Positions 1-9,070 of a DNA stretch of 64,000 bases are shown here, piece after piece. The translations under genes were made by a program, and so were the position numbers. The notes under the pieces were generated by a model, which was not told the DNA's origin, ran no database searches, and worked only from the letters and a program-made list of their open reading frames with translations. Source of the stretch: an uncultured Nitrososphaerota archaeon. Its GTDB lineage: Archaea > Thermoproteota > Nitrososphaeria > Nitrososphaerales > CADDZS01. Positions within the stretch are counted from its first letter, which is position 1. Each line of letters opens with the position of its first letter. The stretch lies in NCBI GenBank assembly GCA_963799845.1, contig CAWCYI010000004.1, forward strand, positions 1,568,001-1,632,000. The letters are read 5' to 3'.

Positions 1-320
1 AGGGGTTCTGGGACCTCCGGAGCAAGATACCAAATCCGGATAAAGTGTTTTCAGACCCGGAGGGAGTAAAAATCCCCGACGATCTTTCGCTCCAGCACGT
101 GATGGCGGCGATGGTTGCAGAGAGGGCGATGCAGAAGAGAGACCCGAAGACGGTTGACGCGGCCTGCGCGATAATCTCGAAGCTTCCTCCAGAGCTTGGC
201 ATGATGTCGTTGAAGATGATCGTTTCCACGAAAGGCCTCACAGAGCTCGTCTTCAAATCGCGACACTGGAAGCAAAACCTAGCGCCAAAGTGGGGAAAGT
301 ACCTGCTGAACGCAAATTAA
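1..320 (+). CDS. C-terminal part of a MoxR-like AAA+ ATPase (5' end outside the window)
   Basis: The frame is open from base 3 (GFWDLRSKIPNPDKVFSDPEGVKIPDDLS...) and resembles the C-terminal lid of phage/mobile-element MoxR-type ATPases. It lies directly upstream of a vWA/peptidase gene, the usual partner. The Walker motifs are outside the window. Confidence 0.55.
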   Translation, partial: GFWDLRSKIPNPDKVFSDPEGVKIPDDLSLQHVMAAMVAERAMQKRDPKTVDAACAIISKLPPELGMMSLKMIVSTKGLTELVFKSRHWKQNLAPKWGKYLLNAN

Positions 321-385
321 TTAGCAGCCGTCCGCTATTGTGCCTAACTAACTAGTTTCCGAGCGAAGTAAGAGGGTCATCACGA

Positions 386-1567
386 ATGACTGAACTTTCA
401 CCGGAAGATAAAATGATCAAGGCGCGCGTACAGCTCCTAATCAATCACCCATTCTTTGGATATTTCCTCACCCACCTGCGGTTCAAAAGCACCGACACGG
501 CGACCGAAACTGCAGCTGTCCAGTACGATCGAAAAAAGAACGAATACCTCGATTTGCTTTACTACAATCCGGAGTTCGTCTTAAAGCTGAACACAAATGA
601 AGTGATGGGACTGCAAGTCCATGAGATGCTCCACATCCTACTACAGCAAGAACAGCGAAGAGGCGAGAGAGAAGAGCGAAGATGGTACACGGCATCGGAG
701 ATAGGAGTCAATGACACCGCTCTAAAATCAGGTTTCACTCTTCCAGGAGAAACTGATGAGAGGCTCAGAGGCATACTTCCAGACAATAAAACGGAAGGCA
801 AATCTGTGGAAGAGATCTACGATCTCCTTCCTCCAACTTTCGAAATCGAGATCCCCGTGCACCTTATCTGTATCAAGGAAGAAGAAAACCGGAGCGAAGT
901 TGGAACTTCAAACCAAAGTTCGGAAGGCACCGTTCAAGTCATTCCAAACCCCATAAGCCAGAAGGATCTGAAGTCGATAATCTCAGAGTCGGCCGCATAC
1001 GCAAAAATGTACGGGAGGATGCCTGCCGGCCTCGAGCTGCTCGTGGACGATCTACTGACACCGAAACTAAGCTGGCGGGAGCTCCTGTGGCGATACGTGA
1101 CGCAGGAATTCATTTCTGACTATACTTGGGCTTCCCCCAACAGGAGATACGTTCAGCACGGAGTCTATCTGCCGGGAGTCGTTAGGGGAGGGCTCGATCT
1201 TGCAGTTTGCGTGGACACATCAGGAAGCATAGATCTGAACACACTCTCTGAGTTCTTCGCGGAGATCAGAGCAATCGCAGCATCTTATGAAAATGCCAGA
1301 GTTCACCTGATTGAATGCGACGCCGAGGTGACCGGAGTTTATGAAATTGACGAGCGAAACATCAAAGACATCAAATTCAGAGGAGGAGGGGGTACGCTCT
1401 TCACTCCCGCCTTGAAGAAAGCATCAGAATTCAACCCGAGAGTGTGCGTCTACCTGACTGATGGATGCGGTGACTTCCCCACGGACGAACCGCCATTCCC
1501 CGTGATATGGACGCTCACGAACCGGGATACAGAAACGCCATTTGGTATTTGCGTCGTCATTGGATAA
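386..1567 (+). CDS. DUF2201-type putative metallopeptidase with C-terminal vWA domain
   Basis: N-terminal HPFFG..L and LYYNPEF, a zincin HEMLH motif, and a C-terminal MIDAS motif VDTSGS...GGGT...YLTDG. Confidence 0.85.
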   Translation: MTELSPEDKMIKARVQLLINHPFFGYFLTHLRFKSTDTATETAAVQYDRKKNEYLDLLYYNPEFVLKLNTNEVMGLQVHEMLHILLQQEQRRGEREERRWYTASEIGVNDTALKSGFTLPGETDERLRGILPDNKTEGKSVEEIYDLLPPTFEIEIPVHLICIKEEENRSEVGTSNQSSEGTVQVIPNPISQKDLKSIISESAAYAKMYGRMPAGLELLVDDLLTPKLSWRELLWRYVTQEFISDYTWASPNRRYVQHGVYLPGVVRGGLDLAVCVDTSGSIDLNTLSEFFAEIRAIAASYENARVHLIECDAEVTGVYEIDERNIKDIKFRGGGGTLFTPALKKASEFNPRVCVYLTDGCGDFPTDEPPFPVIWTLTNRDTETPFGICVVIG

Positions 1568-1721
1568 ACTGCGAGTGTTTTTTTCCAGAATCCAATATCA
1601 AAATGATGTTGGGAACGTCTTCCTGGGATTGGTGACCCATTCGAAACAATGAGTCACAAAGAGCTTGAATGGCCGGGACTTCCATTGGTTTGCTCTTTTT
1701 GGAAAATCAGGTGAAATACAG

Positions 1722-2093
1722 ATGTCTGTGGTCAGATGCAAATATTGCGACCAACTCCTTGGCGAGAAAGGTCTCAAAAAGCACGAAGAAAAGTGCGGAA
1801 CGCTCTTCTCTTTCTGGGTTAACGTCAGGGATGGCGAGCACGAGTACTCTCACTTCGAGCTTGTCAAAGCAAAGACGCAAAGCGAGGCAGACGCCCGCGC
1901 AAGGATGTACGCAAAGAGCTTTCTTGGCTGCAAGATGAAACCGCGCGAGTGGACGCATGACGAGAAAGGGAGGCAGCTCTTCGCCATCGCCTGGGAGCCA
2001 GCGGGTGGAGGAGAGTACCGCATAGTCGAAATGGAAGGGACGGACCCGACGACCCCTGAGAAGGTGATCTCGACATTTTTGAGACTTGACTAG
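1722..2093 (+). CDS. hypothetical protein with N-terminal C2HC zinc finger
   Basis: The ORF track starts it at 1665; ATG 1722 (MSVVRCKYC...KHEEKC) is the more plausible start. Contains CxxC...H...C. Confidence 0.6.
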   Translation: MSVVRCKYCDQLLGEKGLKKHEEKCGTLFSFWVNVRDGEHEYSHFELVKAKTQSEADARARMYAKSFLGCKMKPREWTHDEKGRQLFAIAWEPAGGGEYRIVEMEGTDPTTPEKVISTFLRLD

Positions 2094-2128
2094 TTAAGGC
2101 ACAAGGCTCAACAGGCGGTGAAGAGTAA

Positions 2129-2422
2129 ATGCCTGGTGAAACGATTCCCGAACTATATGAGACGGAGAAGGTTCCCATCGAAAAGAAGGTGATTCATCGC
2201 AGGTATCATATCAAGCAAATCGGTTTCTACTGGCTCGTCTCAGAACTCGACAAAGAAGAAAATCTCGCATTCGGTTACGCTAACCTCAACGATGACAGAT
2301 TCGCAGAGTGGGGTTACATTAGCATCCAAGAGCTACTCGAGAATGGAGCAGAGCTTGATAGAGAGTGGAAACCATGTACCTTTGCTGAAGCTATGGAGAG
2401 AATTAGGAAAGAGACATCATAA
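2129..2422 (+). CDS. DUF2958-like protein
   Basis: P.LYETE...WLVSELD....AFGY..L....EWGYISI.EL pattern typical of DUF2958. Confidence 0.75.
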   Translation: MPGETIPELYETEKVPIEKKVIHRRYHIKQIGFYWLVSELDKEENLAFGYANLNDDRFAEWGYISIQELLENGAELDREWKPCTFAEAMERIRKETS

Positions 2423-2538
2423 TCCAAAACAGACCGTCCGAATTTGTGATGGCTGCGGTAACGAGCTTGCGGAGAAGTTGGGATTCTTCACATGGCAGCA
2501 AGTCGAGTTAGGTCGAAGTGAAGAAGGGGGAATAATCC

Positions 2539-2925
2539 ATGACTGGCGAGATGACAAAGCCGAAGAACGCCGAGCGGGGAGAGGAGTACTGGAAGGGAAG
2601 ATCAACCTCTTGGGGCAGCATTATAGGAGACGAAGGAGTACTCATACGCCCTAACTACCCCGATATTTTCGCGCTTTCAGATAAACTCACAGCTCTCGGA
2701 ATCAAGAACGAAGTGCGTCCCTTCGATGTCTATCAGGGGCCGTACATTGAATTCGCCGCTCTCTCGTCATTCCATCATCCACTGCAGATCTGGTATAGCG
2801 AGGACTATCCGCTGACCAAGTGGTCTATAGTGTCTGAACTGAAACCTGTGTACGCTAGAGATGACGAAGAAACGCTCGAGGTGATTTCATCGATCCTCCC
2901 GCTCCTTTGCATCAGACAATCCTGA
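2539..2925 (+). CDS. hypothetical protein
   Basis: 128-aa ORF co-oriented within the run of small genes, with a purine-rich upstream stretch. No recognisable motif. Confidence 0.55.
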   Translation: MTGEMTKPKNAERGEEYWKGRSTSWGSIIGDEGVLIRPNYPDIFALSDKLTALGIKNEVRPFDVYQGPYIEFAALSSFHHPLQIWYSEDYPLTKWSIVSELKPVYARDDEETLEVISSILPLLCIRQS

Positions 2926-2950
2926 TCGAATTGTAGGGGCTGATCTAAAA

Positions 2951-3643
2951 ATGATTAGCACAGGAAGTTACCCGGCAAGACGTTTCAGCAGAGAACGCAT
3001 ACTGAAAAGCGTGGAATCTGTACTCAAGACTAGAGACATCAGTCGATTGAGTCAGGAAGCGTACGAATTCATAACCTTCTACTGTGGGACTGCATCCCAC
3101 TACAGCATAAGCGGGTGGAAAGATGTGCACAGAGACGTGCGCGACTTTGTCAATCTCTTTCTGAAGAGTAATGAGTATGGGATAAATCTCGAAAGGGAGT
3201 AAAGGAGAACTCTGGAAAAGATCCACCAAATGAGTTTGGGACGGTCAGTGGAATAGTCGAGCTCTGCAGAACGTACAAGGAAGAGGTTTTCAGAGCTCTC
3301 TGATCTTTCCGAAAGAAGGGAAAGCATCAAGATCGCGAACCGCCTTCTGCAGGGAACCATCTCCCTGAAAGATCTTTTTGGAGCTCGGACCTTCCCAATG
3401 CACTCCTTATCCCATTACAATGCGGGAACGAACAGTGCAAAAAACGTACGCGAGCTAGTCGAGGAGGTGAACAGGCTGATTTACGTTATGGACATAGATG
3501 GAATAAAGGAACTGGCGAGGATGTATCCCAAGGAAGTCATGGTGGCTGGCAACTACGTCAACGCGAAGGTCAGATACGTCGTGCAGTCAATCATCGCTTC
3601 GGAAGTGGGACAACTGAAACAGGAGAAAAATGAGCAGTCGTAA
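2951..3643 (+). pseudogene. hypothetical protein split by two small frameshifts (or assembly errors)
   Basis: ORFs 2951-3202 and 3398-3643 are joined by protein-like sequence (VKENSGKDPPNEFGTVSGIVELCRTYKEEVFRAL / SDLSERRESIKIANRLLQGTISLKDLFGARTFP) if 1 nt is added near 3196 (G run) and 2 nt near 3299 (TC repeat). Confidence 0.5.
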
Positions 3644-3721
3644 CAGCATCACTCGGGAAAATGCTCCACCCGGCAGAAATTTGGTGTTAAATTAGCTTCG
3701 AACGAGGTATGATCGATAGAA

Positions 3722-4285
3722 TTGGATCCGCCGTACGCCATGATAAATGAGCTGACAGAGAGGACTTCCGTCGCTGAGGCAAACGAGCTTCTGAATGAAG
3801 GCTGGGTCCTGATCAAATCAGCCGAGCTTCTGCGTGTGGATGACCAGGGCCACCAGATAACGACCATAACTTACATTCTTGGACATATTAAAGAAAAACG
3901 AAGATCCAGCACTATCAAGCCCAGGGTTGTCGCAGCAGCTTCCTCCATCAAACAACAACAGGGTGGTGACGGAAGCATCAAGGCCGTTCCTTCAAGCCAA
4001 GCTTCGACCGAGTCAGTTGATACTCCGCCCACTCCTCCTCCACCAAACATACTTTCCCTACCCATACGGTGGAGGCAGAAGAAAGACCTGAATCCAAACT
4101 TTTTCTATGCGTTCACGTACGGACTCGATGGTGAGCTGGATCCTACAGTGGGATCAGTAGTTGACGCTCTCAAGCTGAGCAGTACCGGATCTATTGAGCA
4201 GGATGGCTGGAAATTCACCGTGAGCAAAGACGGTAAATTTCTCCAAAGAAGCAGGCATGCACAAGTGAAAGTGGTGAACAAATAG
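3722..4285 (+). CDS. hypothetical protein with Pro/Ser-rich linker
   Basis: 187-aa ORF with two globular-looking segments separated by a low-complexity linker (QQQGG...TPPTPPPP). Last gene of the co-oriented run. Confidence 0.65.
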   Translation: MDPPYAMINELTERTSVAEANELLNEGWVLIKSAELLRVDDQGHQITTITYILGHIKEKRRSSTIKPRVVAAASSIKQQQGGDGSIKAVPSSQASTESVDTPPTPPPPNILSLPIRWRQKKDLNPNFFYAFTYGLDGELDPTVGSVVDALKLSSTGSIEQDGWKFTVSKDGKFLQRSRHAQVKVVNK

Positions 4286-4806
4286 TCTCAGGATGCAGCG
4301 ATTGCTAATTCTAAGAGAAACCATGAGTCGTTTAATTTTCGTGACGGATGCCGAAAACTAAGGGAAGAATAAGAAAATTCCCTCTGCGAAAAGCAAGTTT
4401 GCAGAGGACGTTAATCCCTTCCTACCGGAAGAAGAATACCCCTGACGATCCCGACCTAGGGATGAACGCATGTTTGTCAAACTAGACGACGGGTGCTTTC
4501 AAAAAGTCTCTCTAACAAGAATCACTTTGCGAAGGTTGGCCTTTTCTACACTGTAGAAGGCCGAAACTGATTTCCTGTGAAGCTGCTTGGCTAACCCCGC
4601 CGCGTGAACGAGGATGTCTAGTAGCAGAGGAACAGTTGGGCCGTCGATAAATCAAATCTTTGAACTGTGAGAGCTTTGTAGGGCTTCGCTAGTAAGCAGT
4701 TGAAAGAGGTTTATTTCTTATTGTTCATCTGTTCCTAATTGTTCGTAAACAGACGCGAACAGACGAAAATTCACAGAGGGAGTTCAAATATTCTAAGTTT
4801 TGTAAG

Positions 4807-5068
4807 TTACAAACTTTGTAAGGAATGGGTGGTCCTGAGCCACTCCGCAAACAGGTTATCCGTAAACTGATAGACACCTCGTGAGGGCCTCATGATCATT
4901 CCGCGGTTGTATAGCATGTTGAATGCTCTGTTCACTGTATCATTCTCCATGTATTCCTCTTTTGCAATGTCAACAGGCTTGGCATTAGGTATTCGCGATA
5001 ATGCCGCCAAGGTCTTTATTTCAGAGAGACTTAGATCATTCATGAATTCCATAAAATTGAGATAGCCG
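4807..5068 (-). pseudogene. C-terminal winged-helix fragment of an archaeal ATPase-domain protein
   Basis: LS..E..TL....L...L...GMI.....G.YQFTDNLFAEWL matches the C-terminal wHTH tail of archaeal ATPases. The ATPase domain is absent. Confidence 0.55.
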
Positions 5069-6126
5069 GGTCAGGAAAGGCATTCACCATTGACCTCCCA
5101 GGCGCGAATCTATACGACATTGCGAGCAGGGGTGCATGGTTGGACAATAATACACTCACTTCCATCATACCCGGCGTGTCGCTTTATGGACCGTATCCAT
5201 TCTTTGCTAGCTATATCGTCGAATTCGGAATGAACACAACGAACCAGCAAACCTGAAGCTATTACACGTTCCAGCTTTTTGCCGACTTGAGGTTCAGGTT
5301 AGCCTTCGCTGATGCCGTCAACATGACCGAAGTGAATATTGACGTGAATAACAAGCTCGGGGTTGTGGGAAATGGTGCCATACCTCCCGGACTACCTCCA
5401 TCAGGATCTTACAATCCCGATACAACAACAAGATACAGCTACAACCTAACAGGCGTCCAAGATAATCTGCTCGCAGCCATGCTCCACCCGATAACGAGTT
5501 TTACATTCAAAAACGGAACCGCGGCTCCCCAGGGAACCTTCAACAATACTTTCGGATGCGCAACTCTTCCGACTTCGGGAACTTGCTCAAATCCTGTAGC
5601 TCGGACAATCAACATGTACTACGGTACGGGTGAAACTTTATCGCAGACTGTTATGGAAGACATAGCCGCGGCAGTAAACAATGTCAGTTCGACGTACAAT
5701 ATGGGTCTGACCGTTGACGTCGTTCCTCTTCCGTCTGGTCAAGAGACATCTCTCTACGAAGCGGGTTATCTGCAGTGCTTCACGACTGCTTGGACATTCG
5801 ATTATCCGTGGGCCACCGACTTTCTAGTCGGATTGTACACGCCAGGCGGCCCATCGAATGCATTCGGCTGGAACTTTACACAGATGGCTACCCTTTCAAA
5901 CCAGATGCTGAAGGCCGATTCGAGTGATAACGTCAGCGGCCTAATAGAACTGACTAACGAGATGAACCAATTCGCAAATAGTGAGGTTCAGTACCTTTGG
6001 ACAGTATACCCGTCGCTTGTCTCAGCTAACTCGGCAATAGGAGTATTTACTTCCAATGTACATGGGTATTACTTCAACCCATCACTGAACGGTCCCTATT
6101 TCGCTGATATGTACGTCACGAGTTAG
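5066..6126 (+). pseudogene. 5'-truncated family-5 ABC substrate-binding protein
   Basis: FADLRFRLAFADAVN, W.FDYP and GYYFNPS motifs. The frame extends upstream of 5287 through an in-frame TGA at 5254-5256 to about 5066 (AGSGKAFTIDLPG...). There is no signal peptide or N-terminal half. Confidence 0.75.
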
Positions 6127-6232
6127 CTCTGATTCATCCCGAATATCGCCTGTGAACCTGTGCTTATGATATTCAAGCTTGGGATGAGGATCGCTGAGGG
6201 TTTTAACCACTTACTAACTGGATGGTTTCTTG

Positions 6233-7096
6233 TTACGATGAATCGTACCATAGGGTTGCAAACGACTTTCCGTTCTGCAACGCAGAAGGGACTGCCAGTG
6301 GATAAGTGGGCGAGTTTGATGAATACATAGTCACATCATAAACAGAGTCCCCTTTCACAGACGCGAAGGAAGATATCGATCCCGTTTTGCCAGATATCGT
6401 TGCAGTATCAGTCAGCTTTGACGAAAGCTTGGTGTATACAGGACCCGAGAACACATTCCCAAAATTGGACAAAGAAGCAAGGCTGCATCCAAACAATATA
6501 CTGCAAAGTGTCGGCCTTTCAATGATCCATTCCGCGGTGGATTCCTGCGCTCCGCTGACTGTTCCGCTGGCCTGGAAAACCCAGTTCTGAGCGTGGTCGG
6601 TGATCTTCAATGTGTAAAGTTCGGTTAGTGAGGAAAAGATTACCTGCGCGGAGATTACATCGCCTGATGATACCTTGTCTGATATAGTGACCGAATTTTG
6701 CGGATAGAATTCATACCAGGCATAATAGCTGGCTCCGAGTATGCCGCAATTAGAATCTGTTCCAATTTGTTCAACAGTATTTGTTCCCGCTCCGTCGATC
6801 CCGACCCAAACAGCCGCATAAGTCCCGCTAAGGAAGGAACAGCTCACAGTCGGAACGATCCAAGACATCTGAACATCCGAAATTTTCCCAGCTGGAGCTT
6901 CTATCACATAACCAGCCCAGTTGGTGCTGCCAGACGGTGATATCGAATTTTTCACGGCTGGCTGAGCAGAAGGTATGGTTATCTCCGGCGCTCCAATGCT
7001 CTTTGAGAAACTAGTTATCCCTACACCAAATATTGACGCGAAAGCAAGTATCGCCGCCACTCCGAATGTAAGGACCAAATTCGATCGGGCTCTCAT
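6233..7096 (-). CDS. secreted glutamic peptidase, family G1 (eqolisin-like)
   Basis: Signal peptide plus STNWAGY, WVGIDG, VEQIGT (catalytic Gln), WYEFYP and AEWIIERP (catalytic Glu). Confidence 0.9.
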   Translation of the reverse strand: MRARSNLVLTFGVAAILAFASIFGVGITSFSKSIGAPEITIPSAQPAVKNSISPSGSTNWAGYVIEAPAGKISDVQMSWIVPTVSCSFLSGTYAAVWVGIDGAGTNTVEQIGTDSNCGILGASYYAWYEFYPQNSVTISDKVSSGDVISAQVIFSSLTELYTLKITDHAQNWVFQASGTVSGAQESTAEWIIERPTLCSILFGCSLASLSNFGNVFSGPVYTKLSSKLTDTATISGKTGSISSFASVKGDSVYDVTMYSSNSPTYPLAVPSALQNGKSFATLWYDSS

Positions 7097-7197
7097 GCAA
7101 AAGTCACTTCGAGCGAGCGAACGTCAATATTTATTCTTTGAAACATTTTTGATTCAATTGATATAGCACAGTCATTTGCTACCGTGAATTCATTCTG

Positions 7198-7650
7198 GTG
7201 AGATTGTTGAGTCTATTCTACGAGGACTTTACCATTGGACAAAAATTTGTTTCTGGAGAGAGGGAACTCCAGAGCGATGACATCTTGAGATTCGCGGAGC
7301 TTACTGGCGATTTTAACAAGCTCCATTTCGACCGCAATTTCTCGACAAGCAGCGGATTCAAAGACGTAATTGTTCACGGGATGCTCACGCTGTCGATAAT
7401 GCTTGGACTGTGGCACTCGCTCGACCTGACCAATGGTACTATTTTTGCCTTTGCAGGATTGAACGAAGTATCATTCAAGAATCCGGTGTATGTTGGAGAC
7501 AAGCTCCACTTAACCTCCGAGATAGCTTCGAAAAGAGAGTTACGATCTCGGAAGAACGCGGGACTCGTTACCGTGAAGCTACAGGGAATTAACCAAAAGA
7601 ATGAAACAGTCCTAGAAGCAGAACTTGTATTGATTATCAAAAGGAAATAG
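7198..7650 (+). CDS. MaoC/PaaZ-like hotdog-fold dehydratase
   Basis: FYEDF.IG, FAELTGDFNKLH (D..N..H), IVHGML and F..PVYVGD. Confidence 0.9.
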   Translation: MRLLSLFYEDFTIGQKFVSGERELQSDDILRFAELTGDFNKLHFDRNFSTSSGFKDVIVHGMLTLSIMLGLWHSLDLTNGTIFAFAGLNEVSFKNPVYVGDKLHLTSEIASKRELRSRKNAGLVTVKLQGINQKNETVLEAELVLIIKRK

Positions 7651-7651
7651 T

Positions 7652-7892
7652 AAACATTCCCTTGTTGATAAGTTCCCTAGCTTTACCTCGGGAAATTATG
7701 GCGCTTACCAAGACGTTTGTATCCAGCAGGACTTTCAGAATCGGGCGGATCGTCATCATCATTTGTTACTGCGTTTCTCCTTTCTGCTTGCTTCAATCTC
7801 TTATAGAACTTCCTTTTCAGAAATTCGCAATTTCTTCTTGTCCATCACCTTGAATATTTCCCTCCATTCTTTTCCAGGTTCTCCCATGGGAT
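7652..7892 (-). pseudogene. remnant of a toxin-antitoxin pair (antitoxin C-terminus plus N-terminus of a PIN/VapC toxin)
   Basis: From ATG 7762 the minus strand reads MMMTIRPILKVLLDTNVLVSAIISRGKARELIN (PIN DTNV motif) and then breaks off. An overlapping upstream frame reads ...KLRISEKEVL*EIEASRKEK with an internal TAA at 7801-7803. Confidence 0.65.
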
Positions 7893-8900
7893 TTACATCC
7901 TGACGATTGCCTTGATCGCTTCCCCGCTTTTGCTCAGGGCAAAAGCCCTGCCAATCTCTTCCAGCGGAACCTCGTGGGTTACTATGACATCAGTCGGAAT
8001 AAAACCGGCGTCGAGCATCTCTATTGCAGGCCTGAACGTCGCATTCTGGGTGAAAGTGCCTAAAATCTCCCTTTCATAGCGCATGATCGCGGAGGGTGAA
8101 AATCTTGCCTCGGCGCCTCCCCTGACAGTTCCCATGAGTACCGCCCTGCCACCCCTTCCCAACGACCTGATCGCCGCTTCCACGGTCTCCACCTTGCCTA
8201 TCACCTCCACAGCTACATCGGCCCCGCCGGTTTCTTCCAGCACCCTCTTTATCGGATCTTCCGTAGTGGGATCAATTCCCATGTCAGCTCCAACCTTGAT
8301 CGCCGCCGCTCTTCTTTTCGGTGCGATCTCGACAGACAGTATACGCCGCAGTCCCGCCCGCCGGAAAAGGCTGATCCAAAACAGTCCCATCGGCCCCGCG
8401 CCGTAAACAACCGCGCTCTCGGATGGTTTAACCCCCGCCCGTCGAAAGCCGTTGATTACGCAGGAGAAAGGTTCGGTTAGAGCAGCGGTCTTCCAATCCA
8501 TCCTGTCGGGAACTTTGTATACCGCCTTTTCTGGCGCGACCACATACGTCGCGAATCCTCCATCGATATCCTCGCCAATACTGACGAGGTTTTCACACAG
8601 GTTCGGTTTCTCAGACCGGCATGAAGGGCAGGTACCGCACCGCAAATTCGGATCTACCACGACGTGATCTCCAATTGACACGCTCTTCACACTGGTTCCC
8701 ACCTCTGAAACTTCTCCGGCACATTCGTGTCCAAGGATCACCGGTGCCTTTGCTGGGACGCGCCCTTCCAGGATCCCAAGATCAGTTCCGCAAGTACCGC
8801 AGGCGCGCATCCTCACTAATACATCGCTCGGCTGCGAAATACGCGGTTGCTCGACCTCGACCACGTTGACAGTTCTTCCATCGAAGACCGCGCCCATCAT
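7893..8900 (-). CDS. zinc-dependent alcohol/polyol dehydrogenase (MDR family)
   Basis: CGTD, GHE.AG.V, structural Zn motif CGTCPSC...NLC and Rossmann GAGPMG. Likely start is ATG 8900 (the ORF track extends to 9002). Confidence 0.92.
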   Translation of the reverse strand: MMGAVFDGRTVNVVEVEQPRISQPSDVLVRMRACGTCGTDLGILEGRVPAKAPVILGHECAGEVSEVGTSVKSVSIGDHVVVDPNLRCGTCPSCRSEKPNLCENLVSIGEDIDGGFATYVVAPEKAVYKVPDRMDWKTAALTEPFSCVINGFRRAGVKPSESAVVYGAGPMGLFWISLFRRAGLRRILSVEIAPKRRAAAIKVGADMGIDPTTEDPIKRVLEETGGADVAVEVIGKVETVEAAIRSLGRGGRAVLMGTVRGGAEARFSPSAIMRYEREILGTFTQNATFRPAIEMLDAGFIPTDVIVTHEVPLEEIGRAFALSKSGEAIKAIVRM

Positions 8901-9070
8901 CTTGTCCAATTCAAAAATCAGTTGAACTTTTGATAACGAAAAATAAGAATTTCGTTCGTTGGTTCGGAATCTTTCAAAAAAGTTTGGCGTCCTCTCTTCC
9001 ACAATATATTCTCAGAAGGCGAATTTGCTTTTGAAACAATAAATAGGAAGTAAGACCTGGTTGCAGCAAG

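Larger units (their letters stand above)
1..4770. mobile_element. probable right-hand part of an integrated element (provirus/ICE-like)
   Basis: ATPase-vWA pair, DUF2958 and several short unknown ORFs all on the + strand. No integrase or att site is visible, so the boundary is approximate. Confidence 0.45.

Noticed and set aside
4437-4495. Hammerhead-ribozyme-like CTGACGA...stem...GAA
   Set aside because: The spacing does not fit the core: there is an extra T before GAA, GAAC replaces GAAA, and no stem III or UH cleavage site is correctly placed.
5254-5256. In-frame TGA as selenocysteine or recoding
   Set aside because: It lies in a 5'-truncated SBP remnant with no redox-motif context. A GGA-to-TGA nonsense change or a sequencing error is simpler.
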